A stretch of DNA of 32,000 bases from a virus. Position numbers and translations under genes: made by a program. The notes beneath the pieces are model-generated. The model made no database searches and was not told the DNA's origin. It saw only the letters and a program-made list of their open reading frames with translations. Position 1 is the first letter of the stretch. Each line of letters starts with the position of its first letter. The stretch lies in IMG/VR virus record IMGVR_UViG_3300045988_137512, positions 10,274 to 42,273 of that record; one strand, written 5' to 3'. Below, piece by piece: positions 7,759 to 13,755 of the stretch.

Positions 7759-7904
7759 TTTTCTTCGTTCTCCTTTCCTTTTGAATCTTGAATTTTGCTT
7801 CGATCTAAAATACACGCGATATACCCTTGGTCATACTCTTCGATGTCATAACCCATCTTCTCAAGCTTTTCCAAGGCTTCTTTGACATTTTCATCAGCTG
7901 ACAT
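7755..7904 (-). CDS. Small acidic first-early protein (49 aa), not in the ORF track
   Basis: GGAGGGATGTG sits upstream of the ATG at 7902-7904. Translation is MSADENVKEALEKLEKMGYDIEEYDQGYIACILDRSKIQDSKGKENEEK. Confidence 0.5.
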   Translation of the reverse strand: MSADENVKEALEKLEKMGYDIEEYDQGYIACILDRSKIQDSKGKENEEK

Positions 7905-8069
7905 CACATCCCTCCTTTCATAATACATTTTATGTATTAAATGTATTATCTGTAAACATTATAGCATTATCATAATACATTTCAATGGACAAATAATATT
8001 TTTTTGTATTATTTATATACATTTGAAAGCTAAAACGTTATAATACATTTAGATTGAGGTGATGTAATA
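7905..8069. promoter_or_regulatory. Genetic switch: divergent promoters with repeated operators
   Basis: Minus-strand promoter TTGAAA-16-TATAAT (7958-7985). Plus-strand TATACA-17-TATAAT (8016-8044). ATAATACATTT is direct at 7920, 7972 and 8040. Inverted copies sit at 7932, 7940 and 8005. Confidence 0.7.
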
Positions 8070-8471
8070 ATGGATGATAATATCGGTTCAAGAGTCAAAG
8101 AGATTCGACAAGAATTGAATTTAAGCATGGAAAAATTTGGTGCTCCTATCGGAGTTTCAAGAAGTTCTATTAATAACATCGAAAAAGGACTTCATCATCC
8201 ATCAGAAATCGTTATTAGATCCATATGTCGTGAATATAATATTGACTATGCTTGGTTAACAGAAGGTATTGGTGAAAATAAATTTATTTCCATTCCTGAG
8301 TCAAAGATAGATCAAATCATGGAAGATTATGGCTTAACTGAAAAAGAACGGCCACTTGTTCGAGGATATTTGGAAGCGCCTGAAGAAGTCAGACAACAAG
8401 TTGCCGATTATTTAAATTCAATTGTTGAAAGAGAAATAGCAAGAAGAGAAAAAGAAAAGAACAACAAATAG
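8070..8471 (+). CDS. XRE-family HTH repressor (cI-like, no S24 peptidase domain)
   Basis: IGSRVKEIRQELNLSMEKFGAPIGVSRSSINNIEKG is an HTH_3 motif. The gene is divergent from the early operon and has a GAGGTGA ribosome-binding site. Confidence 0.8.
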   Translation: MDDNIGSRVKEIRQELNLSMEKFGAPIGVSRSSINNIEKGLHHPSEIVIRSICREYNIDYAWLTEGIGENKFISIPESKIDQIMEDYGLTEKERPLVRGYLEAPEEVRQQVADYLNSIVEREIARREKEKNNK

Positions 8472-8486
8472 GTTGTTCTTTTTTGG
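8459..8486 (+). terminator. Intrinsic terminator after the repressor
   Basis: GAACAAC-AAATAG-GTTGTTC followed by TTTTTT. Confidence 0.65.
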
Positions 8487-8558
8487 TTAGATTTATTGTA
8501 TGATTAATATAGAAAATGGAAAGCGTTTACTTGACGTAAACAAAAGAGGGTTAAAAAA

Positions 8559-9572
8559 ATGAAATTATTCAAAACTATTGGGATTGCTACGCTTGCACTA
8601 TCTATGTGCACAGGATGTACAAGCTACAAAGAAAGAGTTAAAGCTGATAACCAAACAGAAGAAATCACCGACAGAGAATCAGATGATTTAAAAGCAAATT
8701 CTTTTGAAATTGGTGATTTTACTATATACTTACCTGAGTATTTTCAAAATGTCGTAAGTACAAAAGAAGGGCTATCATTCAGGGCGGATGAAGGATATCC
8801 TATTTTAACCATCACTTTAATGGATATGGAATTGAATAGTGAAGCAGCGGATGCCTTTATGGATGCTTTAAAAGACAGAGATGATTTCATGGAGGATACC
8901 GATACAAGTTATGGAATAAAAACATTAAATAGTGCCGGTCGTACTGTATATTATTCAGAAGTAACAGGAAATTTGACGTTAAATGATGATGACAGTAACA
9001 ACGATACAAGCACACCGTCAAAATGCTTTATATATCTTTTATCAAATAACAATAAAACATCATTTATCAGTATGATATTAATTCAGCCTAACGAAGGATT
9101 GAAATACGATTACGAAAATGAATTTGATAGTATTGTTGATAATGTAGTTGTTAACGATAAAAAAGAGGAAGAAGAACAAAGCAATACAAATTCAACCACT
9201 TCAAACTCTTCTTCAAACAATTCATCTTCTTCACCAACTACAACTACTCCAAGTACAAATTCAAATGCATCAACTCCATCTCCAACAACAGGAGAAAAAA
9301 ATGCACTAAGAACTGCAAGAGAATATTTAAATATTTCTGCATTCTCTTATTCAGGATTAATTCATCAACTAGAATATGAAGGTTACTCAACAGAGGAAGC
9401 CACTTATGCAGCTGATAACTGCAACACAAACTGGAACGAGCAGGCCGCTAAATCAGCAAAAGAATATTTAGACATATCGTCATTCTCTCGACAAGGATTA
9501 ATAGATCAATTGATTTATGAAGGTTATACACAAGAACAAGCAGAATATGGTGTAACACAAAACGGATATTAA
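8559..9572 (+). CDS. ltp: Ltp-family surface lipoprotein (superinfection exclusion) with a large extra N-terminal domain
   Basis: Signal/lipobox-like MKLFKTIGIATLALSMCTGC. S/T/N-rich linker. Two C-terminal Ltp repeats: NALRTAREYLNISAFSYSGLIHQLEYEGYSTEEATYA and AAKSAKEYLDISSFSRQGLIDQLIYEGYTQEQAEYG. Confidence 0.8.
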   Translation: MKLFKTIGIATLALSMCTGCTSYKERVKADNQTEEITDRESDDLKANSFEIGDFTIYLPEYFQNVVSTKEGLSFRADEGYPILTITLMDMELNSEAADAFMDALKDRDDFMEDTDTSYGIKTLNSAGRTVYYSEVTGNLTLNDDDSNNDTSTPSKCFIYLLSNNNKTSFISMILIQPNEGLKYDYENEFDSIVDNVVVNDKKEEEEQSNTNSTTSNSSSNNSSSSPTTTTPSTNSNASTPSPTTGEKNALRTAREYLNISAFSYSGLIHQLEYEGYSTEEATYAADNCNTNWNEQAAKSAKEYLDISSFSRQGLIDQLIYEGYTQEQAEYGVTQNGY

Positions 9573-9576
9573 AAAT

Positions 9577-9612
9577 ATAAGCTAGGGTAAATTCCCTAGC
9601 TTATATTTCTTC
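9577..9612. terminator. Bidirectional intrinsic terminator (ltp and the convergent micro-ORF operon)
   Basis: ATAAGCTAGGG-TAAATT-CCCTAGCTTAT with T-rich tracts after the stem on both strands. Confidence 0.65.
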
Positions 9613-9768
9613 TTTGCCAACTACTTCATCAGACCAAATTTCTTCTTGCTTCATTTAGCCTTCATAGCATTCAAATCTTTCTGCAATTGCGATTCTCTTT
9701 TGTTCTTCCATTTAGTATTCTTCTTTTAAATTTGCGCGTAAATACCTATAGGTATTAGTGTTATTCAT
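9601..9768 (-). other. Three contiguous in-frame micro-ORFs (18, 18 and 17 aa) joined by TAA-ATG junctions
   Basis: MNNTNTYRYLRANLKEEY, MEEQKRIAIAERFECYEG and MKQEEIWSDEVVGKEEI. The units are 57, 57 and 54 nt, and each stop is immediately followed by an ATG. Confidence 0.3.
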
Positions 9769-9898
9769 TTTTAGATGATAACAGCAGTCTTTGTGCATGA
9801 TTATACAGAATTTGCAGATCATCCACGTTAAGTTTTTCTGCTAGGATAATTAATTTCGTTATCCATAAATCCCTTTCCATAAGATCATCCCTTTCCAT
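9761..9898 (-). CDS. Small helical hypothetical protein (45 aa, or 39 aa from the second ATG)
   Basis: MERDDLMERDLWITKLIILAEKLNVDDLQILYNHAQRLLLSSKNE. GGAAAGGGA lies upstream of the second ATG. Its stop overlaps the first micro-ORF start. Confidence 0.35.
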   Translation of the reverse strand: MERDDLMERDLWITKLIILAEKLNVDDLQILYNHAQRLLLSSKNE

Positions 9899-9942
9899 TC
9901 ATTTTTTATGAATAAAAAGAAAAACGTTTTCCTTATTCTAAT

Positions 9943-9970
9943 ATAATAAGTCTTAAATTCTATATGTCAA
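9943..9970 (-). promoter_or_regulatory. Sigma-70-type promoter for the micro-ORF operon
   Basis: On the minus strand, TTGACA (9965-9970) with a 16-17 nt spacer and TATTAT (9943-9948). Confidence 0.5.
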
Positions 9971-10055
9971 TGTCTGTTTAGTATTAAATTGTACAAATAT
10001 AATACTAAAATGTGCAAATGGTTATAAATTACATTACCAGTCTCGGATTTTTTTC

Positions 10056-10064
10056 GGGGGGGGG
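10056..10064. repeat. G9 homopolymer in a very AT-rich spacer
   Basis: ttttcGGGGGGGGGtagaa. The neighbouring 60 nt (10081-10140) is about 15% G+C by hand count. Confidence 0.9.
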
Positions 10065-10168
10065 TAGAATTTTTAATGTACTTTTGGTTATATTATTAAT
10101 AACTTATTTTGCTTTGTAAATATTTATTAATATTTTGCATTTTTCATTACTCTTTTTAAAATGTGATG

Positions 10169-10290
10169 TTATTATTCATGTGTACATGATAAATATTTTA
10201 GGCTTTTTTCTATTTCCTCAAGAAAAGATTAGCAGAGAATGAAAAACAGATAGTGGTGTTGAGCAGCATACACTATCTGTTTTTCATTTT
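10169..10290 (+). ncRNA. Candidate convergent small RNA sharing the bidirectional terminator
   Basis: TTGCAT-16-TAAAAT at 10135-10162, no credible ORF, and it runs into the 10242-10285 hairpin plus T-tract. Confidence 0.2.
10242..10285. terminator. Bidirectional intrinsic terminator
   Basis: AAAAACAGATAGTG-(15 nt loop)-CACTATCTGTTTTT, a perfect 14-bp stem flanked by A/T tracts. Confidence 0.75.
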
Positions 10291-10446
10291 ATATTCATTC
10301 ATAACTTGTTTAATATCTTCACCAACTATATTCCAATCATTAGATAATGCTATATAGTCGTCATAAAACGATCCTATTTTAATCTCAGCCTTTGGAAACA
10401 AGTTTATATTTTTAAGTCCTTTTATTACATAATCGATTATCTTCAT
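10273..10446 (-). CDS. Small soluble hypothetical protein (57 aa), not in the ORF track
   Basis: AGAGGTG ribosome-binding site 4-5 nt upstream of the ATG at 10444-10446. Translation is MKIIDYVIKGLKNINLFPKAEIKIGSFYDDYIALSNDWNIVGEDIKQVMNEYKMKNR. The stop lies inside the terminator stem. Confidence 0.5.
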   Translation of the reverse strand: MKIIDYVIKGLKNINLFPKAEIKIGSFYDDYIALSNDWNIVGEDIKQVMNEYKMKNR

Positions 10447-10474
10447 ACACACCTCTAACTATTTTAGTTTATAA

Positions 10475-10505
10475 ACAAAAAAAGACCTTGTCAAATGACA
10501 AGGAC
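10475..10505 (-). terminator. Intrinsic terminator closing the integrase-proximal RNA
   Basis: Minus strand CCTTGTC-ATTT-GACAAGG followed by TCTTTTTTTG. Confidence 0.75.
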
Positions 10506-10868
10506 CGATTCAGTGACATCCGCTTTTGCGTTGCCAAGGTAAATTAATCAATGGTATACAACTATGTTGCTACCAAGGTTCATTTTGTGTATATGATGGG
10601 GCGATAGTTCCCACATCTCATCAGAATTTACATTCCTACCCTTGACACTTTCGTGCGCGATAGCCATCTTTCTATCCTCACATACACAATCAGAATGTTT
10701 TCTTTCAGTCAACAGACCTATCCAACTTGAGGTAAACACATACAACCCTACGGAAGCTATAAACACTATGCATTATGGAACACAATGTTTAATCATAGCT
10801 TAACAGAATCAAATCTGTAAAAGTCTCAATCACCACATATTCCCTTATAAATGGGTGCTAGTTAAGAC
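10478..10868 (-). ncRNA. Candidate roughly 390-nt structured non-coding RNA (or structured int 3' UTR)
   Basis: No credible ORF in any frame. G+C is 42-43% by hand count over 10501-10680, against 15% in the nearby spacer. At least six local hairpins, including a GNRA-capped stem (10644-10658). Possible TTGTAA-18-TAATAT promoter at 10875-10904. It ends at a strong terminator. Confidence 0.4.
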
Positions 10869-10898
10869 CTATTTATATTAACATTATTTATGTCACAT

Positions 10899-11996
10899 TT
10901 ACAATAACTTATTCATCATATCTACAATATTCTTATCTTTTGTATCAAACCAGTGTGCATATGTATTATGCAATGTTTCAACTGTATCTCCTAAGCGTTT
11001 GGCTATATCAAAATCAGAGAATCCTGCGCCTGCCATGTTATTAATTAGAAATGATGCATGTGAATGTCTAAAATCGTGAATTCTTATTTTAGGCAATCCA
11101 TCATCTTTTTCTTTTGCTTTATTATATGCATCATCAAATCTTCTTTGTACTGTCTGAGGTGATATTGGTTTATAATATCCAAATACAAATTTATCTTTTG
11201 TGAAATCATCCCATTTAGAACATTCTAAAAACCATTCTCGAAGCATTTTAGACAATGTATTAGGCATTGTGATAGTTCTATAGCTATTGTTTGTTTTTGG
11301 CGGTGTAAGCCACTTATTAGGATCTTTCTCTTTGTATCTATATGTTTTATTGATGTCTATCGTTTGTTTTCTAAAATCAATGTCCTTCCATTGTAGGGCC
11401 ATTGCTTCACCCTTTCTTAATCCCATATAGAATAAAACAGAATAAAAACATTTCATCATTTGTTCATCTACTTCTTCAATAAACAAATCAAAATCATATT
11501 GCTGCCATATTGTCATTTCTTCTTTTCTTTCATTCAATCTAAGATCACGTTTTACATATGTCATTGGATTGGTTGGAATGTATTCAGTAGTAACACCAAA
11601 TTTATATAGCTTATTTAAAAAGAAATATATTCTTGATACATATGCCTTTGAATATTTCTCATCAAATTTGTTGATCAAGTTTTGCATTTGCCTTTTGTCT
11701 AGAAAATCAATATCTTTCATTTCCTTAGAAAGAACATTGTACAAATATTCATCTGATTTTAGTGTTGATTCTTTTACGTACTTTTTATTATATTCTTTAA
11801 AAGCTTTATATAGTCTATCAAAATTCATGTCGGATGGAAGCATAAAAAAATCTTTCCTGAATTCAACCTCAGCTTTTTGTGCTTCCCATTTAGAATCAAA
11901 ACCACGCTTACGATATCTCTTTATACATTTACCATCTTTATATATTTTTCCGGCAAACATATATTTTCCTGTTTTCTTATCTAATTCCACTGCCAT
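10899..11996 (-). CDS. int: Phage tyrosine integrase
   Basis: GLRKGEAMAL (Arg), IRIHDFRHSHASFLI (HxxR) and LGDTVETLHNTYAHW (Tyr). AAGAGGG ribosome-binding site. Adjacent to the attP-like site. Confidence 0.9.
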   Translation of the reverse strand: MAVELDKKTGKYMFAGKIYKDGKCIKRYRKRGFDSKWEAQKAEVEFRKDFFMLPSDMNFDRLYKAFKEYNKKYVKESTLKSDEYLYNVLSKEMKDIDFLDKRQMQNLINKFDEKYSKAYVSRIYFFLNKLYKFGVTTEYIPTNPMTYVKRDLRLNERKEEMTIWQQYDFDLFIEEVDEQMMKCFYSVLFYMGLRKGEAMALQWKDIDFRKQTIDINKTYRYKEKDPNKWLTPPKTNNSYRTITMPNTLSKMLREWFLECSKWDDFTKDKFVFGYYKPISPQTVQRRFDDAYNKAKEKDDGLPKIRIHDFRHSHASFLINNMAGAGFSDFDIAKRLGDTVETLHNTYAHWFDTKDKNIVDMMNKLL

Positions 11997-12018
11997 TTTT
12001 GTGCCCTCTTATATGTCC

Positions 12019-12047
12019 ATAATATGCAAAAAAGGGGTATAATTCAA
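12019..12047 (-). promoter_or_regulatory. Putative int promoter
   Basis: Minus strand TTGAAT-17-TATTAT, 20-25 nt upstream of the int ribosome-binding site. Confidence 0.5.
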
Positions 12048-12230
12048 TATTTTAATATCAAATTGTACCCCAATATACCCCAAGACAAATAAAAAAGCCT
12101 TTAAATAAAGGCTTAAAATTCAATGGAGCAGATGAGGGGATTATATAAATACCTCATATCTATTGATATTTGATGTTATTTACATCGTTATCTACGTGTT
12201 TTGATAACACTTTGTTGTTTTGTACCCCAA
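12034..12230 (-). other. attP-like site: tRNA 3'-end mimic core, core inverted repeats and arm-type repeats
   Basis: Minus strand AATCCCCTCATCTGCTCCA (12124-12142) looks like T-arm, acceptor and CCA. Core inverted repeat ATGAGG (12132-12137) / CCTCAT (12152-12157). TACCCCAA at 12066, 12076 and 12223. Inverted GGGGTA at 12034. Confidence 0.6.
12087..12114 (-). terminator. Intrinsic terminator immediately 3' of the tRNA-like core
   Basis: AAGCCTTT-ATTT-AAAGGCTT followed by TTTTTTATTTG on the minus strand. Confidence 0.75.
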
Positions 12231-12259
12231 AATGTACCTCACTGCTTCACGCAAGAAAG

Positions 12260-12288
12260 ATAATACAGTATAAACTATATTATGTCAA
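12260..12288 (-). promoter_or_regulatory. Near-consensus sigma-70 promoter firing across attP
   Basis: Minus strand TTGACA (12283-12288), a 17-nt spacer and TATTAT (12260-12265), directly downstream of the endolysin stop. Confidence 0.55.
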
Positions 12289-12305
12289 ACACTTTTTGAA
12301 TTTTT

Positions 12306-13382
12306 TTATTGAACCTCAATCAATGGGCCACAGTTTACCCAAACTCCGCCAATCTTTGCAAGATTCTTTTTCACATTGACTTCATCCACACGAATACGTG
12401 TTACATATACAATTGCATTTGTGGTGTGTAACACATTGTCGTTATATCCGTCTGAGTTTGGCACTTTGTCGACCAATCGAATTGGAAACCAACCGCCTAA
12501 TTGAGATAAGTAACAACATAAATCATCACCAATCTTTTTCAAGCCTTGATTACCAATTTTCATATGTACAGATGTAACATAGCTACCTTCATGCAAAATT
12601 TGGTCGATAGCTTCTGCGCTAGACTGTGTGGCGCCAACTGGCACATGAGGGTCTGTATCAATACCAGCATCATTAGTCCATCCAATCGCTACTCCATTAC
12701 GATCAACACGATATGGATATTTTGTTCCTTTAATTACTCTACCAATGACACCTGACCAATCACCTTTTTTAACTGTAGAAGTTCCGTAGCAATTCACACT
12801 CAATGTGTTTGTACAGATAGGTAAATTAACTGAATATTTTTCTCCACTTGGAGTTGTAGGTTTTGGTGTTTCAACCTTTCCATCTAACTTTGCATTTACT
12901 TCATTAGCCAATTGTGGCATACGTGCTTCCAACCATGCTCCAGGGCATGATGTAGCCGCAAACATTTTGTGCATAGTCAATGATCCGCTAGAATTTCCTG
13001 TATAGTTCAATCTAAATCCATATCGTTTACAAATATCAACACATAGATTCACCAAGCTATCCCAAGTAGCTTGCGTCATTTCTCCAGTTGCGTTATTAAT
13101 GTTTCCACATTCAATTGTAATTGATTGAGAATCATTCAACCAATTTGAACTTGTCCATGCAGCATTTTCTTCATCAACACTGCATGCAATGTCTCCATTA
13201 ATTCCAATACAATAATTGGAAGATGCTTGACGAGTATTTCGCGCAAAATAATCTGCACATTGTTTACCACTCCATGCCGCAGCCATGTAGTGTGGAGTGA
13301 TTTTACAAACCTTATATCCAAAACGACCATCATAATGTTGTGATGTTCTGTTACAATATGTTGCTAATCCGGAATATGACAT
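12306..13382 (-). CDS. Endolysin: N-acetylmuramoyl-L-alanine amidase (Amidase_2/PGRP-like) with C-terminal SH3-like wall-binding repeats
   Basis: KITPHYMAAAWSG...SITIECGN...MHKMFAATSCPG resembles amidase_2. It lies downstream of the holin. Confidence 0.8.
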   Translation of the reverse strand: MSYSGLATYCNRTSQHYDGRFGYKVCKITPHYMAAAWSGKQCADYFARNTRQASSNYCIGINGDIACSVDEENAAWTSSNWLNDSQSITIECGNINNATGEMTQATWDSLVNLCVDICKRYGFRLNYTGNSSGSLTMHKMFAATSCPGAWLEARMPQLANEVNAKLDGKVETPKPTTPSGEKYSVNLPICTNTLSVNCYGTSTVKKGDWSGVIGRVIKGTKYPYRVDRNGVAIGWTNDAGIDTDPHVPVGATQSSAEAIDQILHEGSYVTSVHMKIGNQGLKKIGDDLCCYLSQLGGWFPIRLVDKVPNSDGYNDNVLHTTNAIVYVTRIRVDEVNVKKNLAKIGGVWVNCGPLIEVQ

Positions 13383-13477
13383 TCTTCATCTACACCTTCT
13401 TCCTTGCCATTGCTTAATTCTTCTTTTGCTTCTTCTGATAGATTCTCATAATCTACTACTTTTTCTTCATCATTCAT
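13364..13477 (-). CDS. Small acidic ORF between holin and endolysin (37 aa)
   Basis: MNDEEKVVDYENLSEEAKEELSNGKEEGVDEECHIPD. It starts 2 nt after the holin stop and overlaps the endolysin start. Not in the ORF track. Confidence 0.3.
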   Translation of the reverse strand: MNDEEKVVDYENLSEEAKEELSNGKEEGVDEECHIPD

Positions 13478-13479
13478 TA

Positions 13480-13701
13480 TTATTCCTCCGGTACACTAAT
13501 TTCAGGTAATCCGCCAATACTAGTCAGCAACGAGACGATGCCTGACAAAAACGCTGACGAAATTACAACTCGCCAATCAACGGCTTCCAATAATGCAGAT
13601 GCTCCAATAACACCAACAGCAGTTTGAGCAATTGTCTTTAATGCTCTGATACTTGCATAATAGCCATATTGAATCCACCATTCTTTACTATATTTTTTCA
13701 T
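13480..13701 (-). CDS. Holin (73 aa from MKKYSKEWW...)
   Basis: AGGAGG lies 9 nt upstream of the ATG at 13699-13701. Two TM segments (TAVGVIGASALL and VVISSAFLSGIVSLLTSIGG). It lies immediately upstream of the endolysin. Confidence 0.75.
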   Translation of the reverse strand: MKKYSKEWWIQYGYYASIRALKTIAQTAVGVIGASALLEAVDWRVVISSAFLSGIVSLLTSIGGLPEISVPEE

Positions 13702-13755
13702 TTTCAAATACCTCCTATCCTAATGATAGTATTTAAATCGTTTGTACACTGTACA

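Noticed and set aside
7759-7815. N-terminal extensions implied by the longest ORFs in the track. Examples: 7498-7815, 2913-3146, 13480-13707, 13781-14263, 15675-16124, 22328-22936 and 24518-25315.
   Set aside because: The extended starts are TTG/GTG or ATG codons without a ribosome-binding site, and they lie inside the preceding gene. Internal ATGs with strong GGAGG-type sites at proper spacing are preferred, and the feature coordinates were adjusted accordingly.
10616-10623. CUGAUGAG on the minus strand followed by a bulged hairpin, resembling a hammerhead ribozyme core.
   Set aside because: The obligatory GAAA element does not follow stem II (the sequence continues AUAUAC...). No stem I/III arrangement or cleavage-site context could be built.
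10652-10662. Plus-strand GTGCGCGATAG, resembling a group II intron 5' end (GUGYG).
   Set aside because: No domain V/VI-like sequence and no intron-encoded protein is present. On the plus strand the element would run antisense into the integrase. The terminator orientation supports the minus strand.
10548-10766. 72-aa minus-strand ORF from the track, lying inside the integrase-proximal GC-enriched region.
   Set aside because: It has a GTG start with no Shine-Dalgarno sequence, an implausible composition (MFIASVGLYVFTSSWIGLL...CVCEDRK...) and no family resemblance. The region is better explained as structured RNA. Coding cannot be fully excluded without comparative data.
12124-12142. Possible tRNA gene.
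   Set aside because: Only the last 19 nt of a tRNA (T-arm 3' strand, acceptor, CCA) are present. The upstream sequence has no T-loop GTTCGAAT, anticodon arm or D-arm. I interpret it as an attP core rather than a gene.
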